Assembly (NCBI RefSeq): GCF_000143415.4
Contig: NW_003314282.1
Location: 1,755,374 to 1,819,373 of the forward strand
Direction: 5' to 3'
Length of the DNA: 64,000 nt
Source: Selaginella moellendorffii
Taxonomy: Eukaryota; Plantae; Lycopodiophyta
Numbering within the stretch: the first letter of the stretch is position 1; each line of letters starts with the position of its first letter. The notes beneath the pieces are model-generated. The model was not told where the DNA came from, made no database searches, and saw only the letters and a program-made list of their open reading frames with translations. The position numbers and the translations under genes were made by a program. This document shows, one piece after another, positions 1 to 11,750 of the stretch.

Positions 1-43
1 TTATTTTGAGTGAATTTGTAAGTTATTTATCATGTTATGTCTT

Positions 44-2802
44 TCACAGCGGAGGGGCTTCAAGACGCAAATAGTCGTACATAACCCCGTTAAATACACT
101 GGCGTATTTTCTCTGTGTGAGGTAGATGATATTCTCTCCCTCCTTGAGGAGCTTCGACTCGACGTCGATGCTCCACATCGCGTACAAGCCGTGGATTCCA
201 TGGCGAGCTATGGCATTGTCCTTGCCAAACTGGAGTGTATCAAAATGTGGAGTGTAAAGCGTTGGATCGTTCACCCGGACCTGCGACACCTCCACTGTGT
301 TTAATAAAAAAGAAGTCAATATACTCGTGAAGAACCTGAAGAGCAGCGTTGGTTGCGGCTGCTATTGCTAGTTGTAGCGTGTAGGTTCCCACTAGAGAGA
401 CCTTGTCAAGTTGGAACTTGATCTTCCAAGTTGATGCTTTCAAGTTTCCATCTTTCGACTTCCTGGATGGAAACACAAAAAGAAAAACCTTTGGTGCGAA
501 AGAACATGTCCATAGAAACGAAAATTTACCAGCATCCCTGTAAGAAAAACCAGTCGGTTTGCCATTTGCTCTCGCCAACAGTGTATACAACCTCGGTCTC
601 CGGGTAAAGCTCGAAGTATCTTTCCCACAATCCATACTGTCTAAACCTGTGTGTAGAGCAAAACAACAAATGATCAAAAAAAAGAATTGCGTAGAGACGC
701 ATGCCTGTCAGCTGTGATGTTCACAAAAGCTCTGTTGACGAAGCCCGGATCAGGATCCGGTATGTAAAACTCAGCAGCCGATCTATCAGGAACTCCAATC
801 TCCCAAATTGTAGGACCGTTCCTTGGAGGATTGAAGACAAGTTCTCCAAGCTCCAAGGAAGAACCTGCGAGATTCATTATTCCTGCCTGTTACAAGAAAC
901 AACACAATATCTTTTTACCTTCCTGCACTGTAATGTCGGCTTCCATTTTGTAATCGCCCAGAACACCAGGAACGTAGCCAAAGAGGTTGTAAGTCCCGGG
1001 AATAACATTATGGATCATAAAACTGCCACTGGCATCTGCTTCGGCCCAGAATTGATACCCCTGTGCATTCCAACGAACATTAAAGTTTTAGAGAGCAAAT
1101 CTACTGTTAAATACCTTGCTTTCGGTTTGCCATGATCCAGCAATCCCCGGTTTAGCGAGACCAATCCACGCAAACGACGCTGGAACTTGAGGGTCTGCGT
1201 ACCTGCAGTGTAAGTAAAGAGAGCCTGTTAAGAAAGACACACCATGTATAAAAGGCAATACTTGTCATAAACTAGCAGTCGTCCAGAAACAGAGCCACGC
1301 TCATCATCCTTCACGTAATCTGGTGAGGCAGGCCAGCTATATGGCCAGGAATGAACCTCCACAAGCATCTGAAACAAAAGAGAATGAATAAAACTTCAGA
1401 AAAAATTCTTACGTTTGATACCTGCTGCTTTGCATCGTCCCACAGATAACGAGGGTCCAAGTTCGCTTGAGCTGAATTCAAGTAGATGAAAACCGGTCCA
1501 AATACTTTCAGCCAAGGCTCTCCATCTCGAAAAGAAGGACACAATGCTTCCCCTGCGTAGTGAGCGCTGTGAAACATCTAGCAGGCAAACACTCGTCGTG
1601 AGAAGCAAAAACTTTCTGATAGGATCGAGAAAGAGCTCACTTACAGAAAGAGCAGTGGGTCCTGCATGCGAGCGCAAGTTTTGCTTCAGCGGGCCACCAT
1701 TTCGAAACTCGTCACTGGCTGTGATGATCCAAAAACCAACGAGTGGATTCGTAGAAACCCAGCCATGCACCACATTGTCCTTGTTTTCAGCAGAGTACTG
1801 ATACTTGTCATCCACCTGCGAAGGTAAGCAAATCAGTCTTAGCTTCTGAAAAGCAGAGCACCATAGTTACAAACCTCTCCCTTGAGCGCCGAATTATGCG
1901 GGTCTTCCAGGATCACAGCTTCAGGATAGGCGAGTGCTTTGCTACGTTCAGGTGATCGGTCACTAGATGTTGGCATTTGTCGGAACACAGTGTCGGAAAC
2001 AGCCATATATTCGAATCTGCAAAACCGCGAGAGGAAGGAAAAAAACTGTGAGGCTTCTTAAAAGTTGCTCTTGTGAACCTGTCACTCCGTGGCTTAAACG
2101 TGATACGGCATTGGTTCATGTCGAAATCGGGCCAGCCTTCGGGCCTCTCAAAAATGGCATAGCTATAAAATCCTGTGTTACCCCGAAGAAGCACGAACCT
2201 GCACAGATTAAACGAGTTCATGTCCACCTTTTGAAGTATGGAAGTATGTATAAACTTTCATACCTCTTGTCGATTTGAAGAGGAACCATACTTCGGTCGG
2301 GGACATATGGACGAAGAAAAGAGACCTCGACTTTGTTGCCATCGCTAGAAATAACACGAAAGCTCGTAGCGTGGTGCCTGTCTTTTAAGCGTTAGATGTC
2401 AAAAAGTTCCAGCGAGGTAGCCGATGTTCTTACACATCAAAGGTGTCCTTTCCTCCGGGGACGTTCCAATTCAGATCCCAGTAACTACAGAACAAACACT
2501 GGCATCAATGGGAGAGATCTTAGCTTTTAAGTTGGCAGCCTCACCCTCGATTTGTTTCAGCATTGGCAACTTCTAGCAGATTGTCGATGCCTCCGTAAGA
2601 AATAGACGTGATCAACCCGCCGGGACTCGTCAGTGTGATGCGAACAATTCCATTGTCCAGGACAATCTGCAACAAAAGACGATGGAGTAGTAAGATAGCC
2701 TTGGCACGAAACACTTTCTCGAGCTCTCACGTATTTGCCTTTGTCGACGAGACGAACATCGGAGCCTCGCGATCCTCCTCCTTGTACACGACTGGAGAAC
2801 AT
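44..2802 (-). CDS. Rhamnogalacturonan lyase (PL4 family), multi-exon
   Basis: Exon peptides match plant PL4: VDDKYQYSAENKDNVVHGW, SDEFRNGGPLKQNLRSHAGPT, FHSAHYAG, PPRNGPTIWEIGVPDRSAAEFYIPDP, DNAIARHGIHG, GVMYDYLRLEAP. Many short GT-AG introns. ATG at 2802 is inferred; stop at 44-46. Confidence 0.92.
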
Positions 2803-3638
2803 TTTCCTGGAACCGAATCCTCTGGGAAGAAAGAAAGAAAGATGGTCAAAACGAGCATCTAAAAAGCATAGCGAGAAAATCCATCTCGGGAAACCAAAAC
2901 CACCAACGAGCTCTGGAAGAAATACGCTTGGCGCGCTTTTACTCAAAGCGAAAGCTCTCTCTTCTTCTTCCTCAGTCACTGTTTGGGCTTTTATAAGAGC
3001 CTGGAAACGCAAAGCTTGTCTTGGAAGAGAAGCCAAGATCGCTCGCTATAAGCTCCATCGCTCGCTGGCCGCAAAGAAACCTACCGATGATCGCGATAGC
3101 GCAGCAAAGATCACATTCACCCCGTCCTTCCATGGATGTGCCCGCATTGCCGTTTCTTGGCGCATCGCGATAACAACCTACCTCTAATCTAAAAATTCCC
3201 AATACAAAAACCCCACAAAACTTTCCACGTGAAAGCTCTTTCGCTCACAAAATAAGATCCAAGAAAGAAACAAAGAATTAAAACCGCTGCTGGAACTCTT
3301 GGAAAGTTTGGATAGCGAACGGATCAAACAGCCAAGAACTAACGCTTTCTATCGAGAAAGCTTAACTCTTACCCATTGGACGAGACGATGAAAAAGTAGA
3401 GAATGGCGAGGTTCCATTTGTTCATGCTGCCAAGCCTCTAGCAACACCATTCCATGATCCACGGATCGCTTTAGCGGCTCCATGGCCTCTCGCTTAAATA
3501 TTTCTAAACAATCCCTCCAAGTTCTCCACTAATTGTGCGTGAGCTCTCATTTTATAGCAAGTCACAGATATTCTACTTTTTTGAACTTTAGGGCTTTTTA
3601 TGGATCGCTAACTGATTTTAGGGTTTTTTTGAAAATGC

Positions 3639-5117
3639 ATGGAGCGCGGCAAATGGCTGGAGCTCGTGGAATCGTGCGCGGATCTGGCCGAGGCGAGGAG
3701 AATCCACGCGCGCATCCAACCGGTGGTGGCGCCCGACGATCTCTACGCGCGCAACCGGGTGATCGAGATGTTTGGGCGCTCCAGTGGCCCGATTGACGCG
3801 CAGGTGGTCTTCGAATCGATGCCTGCTAAGAACCTCTTCTCGTGGGTTCTCATGATCACGGCGTATGCGAGGAATGGTTGGCTCGAGAGCTCCAGGTCCA
3901 TCTTCGATGCGATGCCCCAGCGGAATCTCGTGGCATGGAATGCTATCGTGGCGGCGTATGCCTCGAATGGGCATCTGGATGGTTCTCAGAGGCTTTTCGA
4001 TGAGATGCCCGAGCGGAACTTGGTTTCCTGGACATCGATTCTTGTCACGTACTCGCAAAAAGGGTGTTACGACGCGGCAAAGCGAGTGTTTGATGAGATG
4101 CCGCAGAGGAATTTGATCTCTTGGACCTCTATGCTTGCAGCAAATGCCAGGAATGGGTATCTGGCAGAAGCCGAAAGAATATTTAGTGCCATGCCCCAGT
4201 GGGATGTGATAGCTTGGAATTGTCTTCTCGCTGTGTATTGCCAAAATCATGATGTTGAGAACGCAAAGAGATTTGTTAGGAATATGGTGGAGTGGGACAT
4301 TACTTCGTGTAATATAATGCTTTTGCTATATGCCCAAGAAGGGCATTTTTGTAAGTGCAACAGATTTTTTTTTAACATGCCGCAGACGGACATAGTGTCT
4401 TGGAACACTTATCTCGCCGTTTGCATGAACTTTCGGAAACTGGAGGAGGCTAAGTTTGTGTTTGATAATATGCCGCAGAGAGATGCATCTTCTTGGTCTT
4501 CCATGATCACAGCATATGCCCAAGAAGGGTATCTTGCAGAGGCGAGGGCGGTTTTTGATTCACTGCCTTTCCAAAGTCCAGTGGGAAGGACGTCAATCAT
4601 GGTTGGCTATGCTCAAGCCGGAAACCTAGATGCCGCTTACAAGATCTTCCAAGAGACACCGCAGCCAGACCTGTTTGCGTGGAATGCAATGCTCGCAATG
4701 TTTGCCCAAGACAGCGAGAAGCAAACCAAAACCAGAGGGATGCTTGACGAGCTCAAACTCACCGACAATCCAGACGAGTTCTGCTTCACGGCAGCGCTGG
4801 TTTCGTGCAGCCACGGCGGGAAGGTTTCTCGAGCAAGGAGCTACTTGGCGTCGATGAGCTGTGACTATGGATTGCCTCCAACCAAGCTCCACTACAGCTG
4901 CATGGTGGATCTCCTGGGACGGGCTGGATATCTCCAAGACGCGCGCGAGCTCATGGAATCCATGCCTTTCACCGCCGAGGCATCGGATTGCATCGGCTTT
5001 GCGGGAGCTTGCAGCAGCCATAGCTCCCGCTTCCACGGATCGAAGCTCGCGCTTGGGTTGGATCCAAGCAACGCAACGGGGCACATCCTCGTCTCGAACA
5101 TCCTGTGCATGGGCTGA
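3639..5117 (+). CDS. PLS-class pentatricopeptide repeat protein with degenerate E domain, no DYW
   Basis: Intronless 492-aa ORF of 31-aa repeats (FDEMPERNLVSW...). Ends with HYSCMVDLLGRAGYL..A..L..SMPF and a degenerate E motif. Confidence 0.92.
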   Translation: MERGKWLELVESCADLAEARRIHARIQPVVAPDDLYARNRVIEMFGRSSGPIDAQVVFESMPAKNLFSWVLMITAYARNGWLESSRSIFDAMPQRNLVAWNAIVAAYASNGHLDGSQRLFDEMPERNLVSWTSILVTYSQKGCYDAAKRVFDEMPQRNLISWTSMLAANARNGYLAEAERIFSAMPQWDVIAWNCLLAVYCQNHDVENAKRFVRNMVEWDITSCNIMLLLYAQEGHFCKCNRFFFNMPQTDIVSWNTYLAVCMNFRKLEEAKFVFDNMPQRDASSWSSMITAYAQEGYLAEARAVFDSLPFQSPVGRTSIMVGYAQAGNLDAAYKIFQETPQPDLFAWNAMLAMFAQDSEKQTKTRGMLDELKLTDNPDEFCFTAALVSCSHGGKVSRARSYLASMSCDYGLPPTKLHYSCMVDLLGRAGYLQDARELMESMPFTAEASDCIGFAGACSSHSSRFHGSKLALGLDPSNATGHILVSNILCMG

Positions 5118-5164
5118 TTGACCTCTTTGACTTGTTTTGACTGGTTTCAGAGGTTCTTCCACGG

Positions 5165-8128
5165 CTAGTCTTCAAGATGAGCTATCAAGTCCATGTAAGT
5201 TTCATTGTCCCTGTTCTTGGACCCCGTGTCAAACCCAAACTTTATAAGCAACCTCACCATCTTTCTGTTTTTCAGGCCCAAGGCAATATCCATGCTTGAG
5301 TATCCGGCTTTCATTCTCGTGTTTGGATTAGCACCGGCCAACAAAATGATCTCAGCAGTCTCAAAGTGGCTCCCGGAAACAGCTCTCATTAGCGGTGTTA
5401 CTGTGACCCATCCTTGGGTGTAGTCCGGGCCATCTACCAGAACACCTTTCTCCAGCAAATGTAATACCACTTCCGAGCTCCCAGCATAAGCAAATCTTTT
5501 CAAGAGCTCTGGTGCCAAAGTTTTCCAGATCCCTGCTTTCTTGGTGATATCTTCAACCTTTTGGATCATCCCTATGCCTGGTTCCCATGATTCTTCCACA
5601 AAACTCCTACCATCTAAGCAAAGCTTTGGGAGCTTTCTCTTGAGTAAACCAATATCAGCCTGTACTACGGCCTTGCAAACGTCGTCGAGAAGACAAGCTT
5701 GTCGGTCTCTCTTAGGTATGACTTCACCATCTGAATCGTCATCGAGATCAGGAAGCTCCTCATTGATCTTTGGCTCTTCCGTGCTTGACGACAGTTCTGA
5801 ATCATCCAATTCTTCATCTTCTTTCCAATCACCTTCGTCTTTTACTCGGTCATTTTCCTCGCCATCTCTTGACTTTTCTGCTGCTCTGAGAAAGTCCACG
5901 ACCTCCAAATTTCCTTGGTCTATAGCAGCCTCTAAAATCTGCTCATGGCCGCTTTGGCTGATCTTCTCCATTGCATATGCAGCCATTTCCTTACTCCCAT
6001 GACCCCCTAAGAGCCTCCACAAGTTGTTCTCGAAGACACTACGATCGTCGTTGCAAAACGAAACCATCATTCGAAATACCTCCTGGCTGTGTGCATTCCC
6101 TTCCTTAGAGCAAGCAAACCTCAGAGGCTCCATTCCACGAAGCCCAGACTCCACCAAGTGACCTCTCAAAAGTGTCAGCACGTATTCATGGTCCCGGAAC
6201 TCGTTCCCAAAGTAATCAAGGCAGCCAAATTCGTGATTCTCAAATCGTTCCAGGACTTTGGGAGAGATCTGTTTCATACTTCCGCCATTGCCTGTCTTGA
6301 GGAAGTAGCTTATCTCGAGAAGGCTCGTTGCAACGCTCAAGCTCCCCTCATGCACAGCACAGTAGAAAAGCTGCTCGAGATAATCTGTGGTGTCCAGGTC
6401 GCGTGGCGTCGTCACAACACCCCCATGCTCGATGAGGAAGAACACTGCTTCGACTTTATGTCCTTGGAGGGCATAGTTGAGTGCTAGAGGTGATTTCCTG
6501 TGTACTGTAGCATTCACGTAGTCATTGATCATGCTTGCCTTGTCTAGCAAAAGCTTCATCATCTCCATCTTTCCGTGGAATGCCAACTTGTGAAACGGCT
6601 TAAGCTGTCCGCTCCTCGGCCAGGTATCGAACTCCATGTTAATATCCTCGAGAAGAACTCGCAAGACTTCCAAGCTATCACCCTCGCATGCGTCGTGCAT
6701 CAGCCATTCTTCCTGCGCAACTATAGCTTGCCACCTTTCGCCCAGAAATTTCAGCACGCCATGGCTCCCTGCTTTGACGCAGATGCGGCATAGTTGAGGC
6801 ACTGCCTTCTTCGGATCAAAGTCCCAGGCTGCCTTGTCAATGATGAACTCTACACCCAGCTTGAAATCCAGCTGGCAAAAGATATCCACCAGCAAAGTTC
6901 CGTGAATGTCCACCATCATGTTCTTGGCTGGTTGCCGAGCTATGGCGTCTGGAACTTCGGGAAACCGCGCTTGAAGAACAGCTAGCATGTCTGTATAATC
7001 CTTGGAACTCGTAAATTCCTCATCCCAGCTGGAAGAACTGACTTTGCCACTGCTGCAAAGGTTGCTATAAGCTGCTCGGATGTGTACTAGGCATTCCTTT
7101 AGAGAAATCCTGTCGTCACGCTCCGCAGAGCAGCAACCATCGACCACGGCAAAGATCTCATCAAAAACACTCTCTTTTAGATCCTCCATGCCTTCTGGAA
7201 CTTGGAGCTCTATAGGAGACCCTCCCATATACTTGTTCATCACCAAGACCGAGTCCATGTACTCGGGTATCTCACCATCTATAATCATTTCCACCAGAAC
7301 CATCCCCAGCGAGTAGACATCCGAAGGGAATGGATTCGCAAGAACTTCCGGAGGGATCTCGTCTACCGCCTCGTCCAGCTCTGGGGAGATCCAAAACGGT
7401 GATCCTCCTAGTGACCTCAGGTAGTCGACATCTTTCTTCCGGAAACTAAACCCAAAATCTATCAGCTTGGGAACCATGAACTCGTCGACCAGCACGTTCT
7501 TGCCTTTCAAATCCCCGTGATAAATACCCCGCTGGTGACAAACCGAGAGCCCAATCACGAGCTCCATGAAGATCTCCAGCTTTCTCTTCCACCAAGACCA
7601 AGAACACGACGATGGCTTCCCGGATCTCAGGAAAGAATTCAAGTCGGGACCTTGGACGAGCTCCATGACAATGCAAACGCTTTGCATTTCCCGGTTGTGT
7701 GTCACACCATAAACGCTTGCAACGTTCCTGGTTCCTTGCAGGATCCGCAGGCTGCTCGCTTCCCTGGTGAGATCTATCACCTCATCGTCGCTGCTGTGAA
7801 TCGTCTTGACAGCCACGCTCACTGTTTCGTTGTCTCCCTCGCTGGGATTTGATCCGCTGCTGGAGGAGTTGTAGTAGTTATACGAGTCGAAAGGGTCGCC
7901 TTCGATGCGTTTGGAGTCCCACACGCCTCTGTAGAGCTTGTGCTGGACGCCATAGCTGCGAGTGATGGTACCTTTGAAGATGCTGCCACAGCCGCCAGCG
8001 CCAATCTCTGTGAGCTTGCTAAACTCGAGCGTTTCCAGTCGATAAGTTTGGGAACTAGTATATAGATTACCAGCTATAGCGTTGTCTCTCTTCCAGGCCA
8101 GCTGGGCGTCCTCGTATCCAGTGCTCAT
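5165..8128 (-). CDS. Intronless protein kinase (non-RD, HGDLKGKN) with C-terminal ankyrin repeats, copy 1
   Basis: 987-aa ORF. Kinase motifs GAGGCG, VAVK, HGDLKGKN, DFG, WISPE, DVYSLG. Ankyrin-like motifs follow (PFHKLAFHG, TPLMRAVSGSHFETAEIILLAGANPN, SSMDIALG..MVRLLIKFG), with an acidic linker. Confidence 0.9.
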   Translation of the reverse strand: MSTGYEDAQLAWKRDNAIAGNLYTSSQTYRLETLEFSKLTEIGAGGCGSIFKGTITRSYGVQHKLYRGVWDSKRIEGDPFDSYNYYNSSSSGSNPSEGDNETVSVAVKTIHSSDDEVIDLTREASSLRILQGTRNVASVYGVTHNREMQSVCIVMELVQGPDLNSFLRSGKPSSCSWSWWKRKLEIFMELVIGLSVCHQRGIYHGDLKGKNVLVDEFMVPKLIDFGFSFRKKDVDYLRSLGGSPFWISPELDEAVDEIPPEVLANPFPSDVYSLGMVLVEMIIDGEIPEYMDSVLVMNKYMGGSPIELQVPEGMEDLKESVFDEIFAVVDGCCSAERDDRISLKECLVHIRAAYSNLCSSGKVSSSSWDEEFTSSKDYTDMLAVLQARFPEVPDAIARQPAKNMMVDIHGTLLVDIFCQLDFKLGVEFIIDKAAWDFDPKKAVPQLCRICVKAGSHGVLKFLGERWQAIVAQEEWLMHDACEGDSLEVLRVLLEDINMEFDTWPRSGQLKPFHKLAFHGKMEMMKLLLDKASMINDYVNATVHRKSPLALNYALQGHKVEAVFFLIEHGGVVTTPRDLDTTDYLEQLFYCAVHEGSLSVATSLLEISYFLKTGNGGSMKQISPKVLERFENHEFGCLDYFGNEFRDHEYVLTLLRGHLVESGLRGMEPLRFACSKEGNAHSQEVFRMMVSFCNDDRSVFENNLWRLLGGHGSKEMAAYAMEKISQSGHEQILEAAIDQGNLEVVDFLRAAEKSRDGEENDRVKDEGDWKEDEELDDSELSSSTEEPKINEELPDLDDDSDGEVIPKRDRQACLLDDVCKAVVQADIGLLKRKLPKLCLDGRSFVEESWEPGIGMIQKVEDITKKAGIWKTLAPELLKRFAYAGSSEVVLHLLEKGVLVDGPDYTQGWVTVTPLMRAVSGSHFETAEIILLAGANPNTRMKAGYSSMDIALGLKNRKMVRLLIKFGFDTGSKNRDNETYMDLIAHLED

Positions 8129-8305
8129 CCTCTAGGAATGAAGTAGGGTTCCTACTCGCCGATGAGATCTAGGAGGAAGAATTCTAACTTTGACATTGCT
8201 TCTTTGACTAGAACTTTGACTAAAGCTTTTGACTAATGTTTGACTGGTTGCAAAGAATGTTGTAGATTCTTCCAGTTCTTCACTAGGGCTCGAAGTAGTT
8301 TCAGG

Positions 8306-10305
8306 ATGGAATCGTCGATGAGAAAGCTCCTGCCAAGCCCGCATCGCCGGACTGGGCTTCTCAAGGATCAGCTCCAACTTGTGCCGAGAAAGGGCGATGG
8401 CGGGCGCGAGGATCGCTATGAGATTGCGCCAATCTCCGACCCCCTCTCCTTCGACAAGGGCTTCTTTCTCTTCATCCGGGCGTGTCAGCTCCTCACGCGC
8501 AAGATGGAAGGAGTGACAATTGTGGTGGGAGTTGCCGGCCCCTCGGGCGCTGGTAAGACCGTCTTCACGGACAAGGTCGCGAGCTTCTTGCCCGGGATTG
8601 CGATCATTTGCATGGACAACTACAACGATTCAAGCCTTGTCATCGACGGGAACTACGATGGTAAGAATCCAAACAAGGTGTGTGTTGTTCTTTGTTCTTT
8701 CGTTTCTATTCGATAGTTTTGGTTGTTTTGCTTTGGTGCTGATAGATCCCAGGATCGTGGACTACGAAATTCTGCTTGACAACATCAAGAGCTTGAGAGC
8801 TGGGAACTCTGCCGACATTCCGATATATGATTTCAAGCTCAGTCGTCGAGTTGGCTATAGGTGAGTTGTCTTTCCTTCCTTTTTGCTAGCATTGGGATCA
8901 AGGACCAAGTATGTTCTTGCGTTGTTTCCAGGCGTCTGGAGCATCCATCGACGAGAATTGTGATCGTGGAAGGGATATATGCTTTGTGTGAGAAGCTACG
9001 TCCATTCCTGGATCTGCGAGTCTCTATAACCGGAGGAGTCCATTTTGATCTCGTCAAGCGGGTTCTCCGTGATATCAATCGCTCCGGCCAAGCTCCGGAA
9101 GACATCATCCACCAGATATCAGAAACGGTGATTTTGTATGTTCTTGTGAACAGCAGTGGTTTCATAATTCTCTCTTTTTCATCTCTTTGTTGTTTTTCGC
9201 ACTTAACTTTGTGTCGTTGCCAGGTTTATCCCATGTACAAGGTGTTCATAGAGCCGGATCTAGCAACAGCACACATCAAAGTAGTCAACAAGTTTAATCC
9301 TTTCTTGGGATTTCAGAGTCCAACTTACATCCTAACGGTTCTGGAGATTCCTTCGTTCTTTCTTTTCTTTTTCTGATTCAAAGTTTTCGATGCTCCAGTC
9401 TTCTCGTCATGTCACGGAAGAAGAGATCAAAGCTGCCATTGGCTCCAAGTTCACTGAAGCAACAGAAGATACTTACGATATCTATCTCTTGCCTCCAGGC
9501 GAAGACCTGGAAACCTGCCAGTCTTATCTTCGCATGAGAAATCGCGATGGAAGATACAGTTTGATCTTCGAGGTCTTTTAGAAAAAATGCTCCATCCAAG
9601 ATCTATCTTTGTCACTTACCATGACCATGTTTCTCATTTTTCTCTAGGAACTTGTGACCGATGAGGATTTTATCATCTCGCCAAGGATCACTTTTGACGT
9701 GAGCGTGAGGCTCTTGGGAGGCCTCATGGCTCTTGGATACGAGATGGCCACCATTATGAAGCGGTCGAGCCGGGTGTTTTGTGACGAGACTGAGAAGATC
9801 GTCGTCAAGATTGACAAGCTCGAGCAAGTCCAGCGAAAGTATGTCCAGGTAGATCCTTTCTTAGCTTTTTTGTTCTTGAGGTTTTTGTATCTCACCAAGT
9901 TTTGACAGATACAAGGCAAAGATCGATCGCTCGTCGCGGATATCGGGAAGAAGCTGGGGCTCGAAGGCTCGTACATTCCACGCTCTTATATAGAACAAAT
10001 ACAACTGGAGAAACTCACTGCCGAAGTAGTGGTATGGAAAAGAATCGACGTGTTCTTCTCATCTCGATCGTCCAAACAGGCATTGCCGGAGGACCTCAAG
10101 AACAAATTAAGCTTGCAAACTACCACTGTTCCGGAAAGTCCAGTTTCATCCAAAACTTATAGCAGAAGGTATGAAGAAATTCTCGTTTTTCCAAGCTCAA
10201 AAACTTCCTTTTTTTCTACAGCTTGAGCTGGAATACCTCGAGGTTTGTCATTTTGTTTTTCTTCCGATCTCCAAAACACTCGATTCACAGAGTTAAGTGT
10301 TTGAT
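8306..10305 (+). pseudogene. 3'-truncated duplicate of TTM (uridine kinase-like + CYTH) gene
   Basis: Same exons as the 14926-17517 gene up to the duplication junction. The last exons (coiled coil and TM anchor) and the intron acceptor AG are missing. Confidence 0.85.
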
Positions 10306-10306
10306 T

Positions 10307-11703
10307 CGGTGGTGTCGCCCGACGGTCTCTACGCGCGCAACCGGGTGATCGAGATGTTTGGGCGCTCCGGTGGCCCGATTGACGCGCAGGTGGTCTTCGA
10401 ATCGATGACTGCTAAGAACCTCTTCTCGTGGGTTCTCATGATCACGACGTATGCAAGGAATGGTTGGCTCGAGAGCTCCAGGTCCATCTTCAATGCGATG
10501 CCCCAGCGGAATCTCGTGGCATGGAATGTTATCGTGGCGTCGTATGCCTCGAATGGGCATCTGGATGGTTCTTAGAGGCTTTTTAATGAGATGCCCGAGC
10601 GGAACTTGGTTTCCTGGACATCGATTCTTGTCACGTACTCGCAAAGCGGGTGTTACAACACGGCTAGGCGAGTGTTTGATGAGATGCCGCAGAGGAATTT
10701 GATCTCCTGGACCTCTATGCTTGCAGCAAATGCCAGGAGTGGGTATCTGGAAGAAGCCGAAAGAATATTTAGTACCATGCCCCAGTTGGATGTGATAGCT
10801 TGGAATTGTCTCCTCGCTGTGTATTGCCAAAATCATGATGTTGAGAACGCAAAGACATTTGTTAGGACTATGGTGGAGTGGGACATTACTTCGTGTAATA
10901 TAATGCTTTTGCTATATGCCCAAGAAGGGCATTTTTGTAAGTGCAACAGATTTTTTTCCGACATGCCGCAGACGGACATGGTGTCTTGGAACACTTATCT
11001 CGCCATTTGCATGAACTTTCGGAAATTGGAGGAGGGTAAGTTCGTGTGTGATAATATGCCGCAGAGAGATGCATCTTCTTGGTCTTTCATGATCACAGCA
11101 TATGCCCAAGAAGGGTATCTTGCAGAAGCGAGGGTGGTTTTTGATTCACTGCCTTTCCAAAATCCAGTAGGAAGGACGTCAATCATGGTTGGTTATGCTC
11201 AAACTGGAAACCTAGATGCCGCTTACAAGATCTTCCAAGAGACACCACAGCGAGACCTGTTTGCATGGAATGCAATGCTCGCAATGTTTGCCCAAGACAG
11301 CGAGAAGCAAACCAAAACCAGAGGGATGCTTGACGAGCTCAAACTCACCGACAATCCAGACGAGTTCTGCTTCACGGCAGCGCTGGTTTCGTGCAGCCAT
11401 GGCGGGAAGGTTTCTCGAGCAAGGAGCTACTTGGCGTTGATGAGCTGTGACTATGGATTGCCTCCAGCCAAGCTCCACTACAGCTGCATGGTGGATCTCC
11501 TGGGACGGGCTGGATATCTCCAAGACGCGCGCGAGCTCATGGAATCCATGCCTTTCACCACCGAGGCATCGGATTGGATCGGCTTTGCGGGAGCTTGCAG
11601 CAGCCATAGCTCCCGCTTCCACGGATCGAAGCTCGCGCTTGGGTTGGATCCAAGCAACGCAACGGGGCACATCCTCGTCTCGAACATCCTGTGCATGGGC
11701 TGA
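10307..11703 (+). pseudogene. 5'-truncated PPR duplicate with premature stop
   Basis: Lacks the first about 27 codons and the promoter of the 3639 copy. CAG->TAG at 10573-10575. The residual ORF 10591-11703 is still open. Confidence 0.85.
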
Positions 11704-11750
11704 TTGACCTCTTTGACTTGTTTTGACTGGTTTCAGAGGTTCTTCCACGG

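Noticed and set aside
10240-10575. Apparent in-frame TTM-PPR fusion protein at the duplication junction (ORFs 10297 and 16940 both start xFDS)
   Set aside because: The shared bases are intronic; the frame-preserving TTM acceptor is 16949-16950. Intron retention and the nearby cryptic AGs I tested are out of the PPR frame, and the PPR has a stop at 10573.
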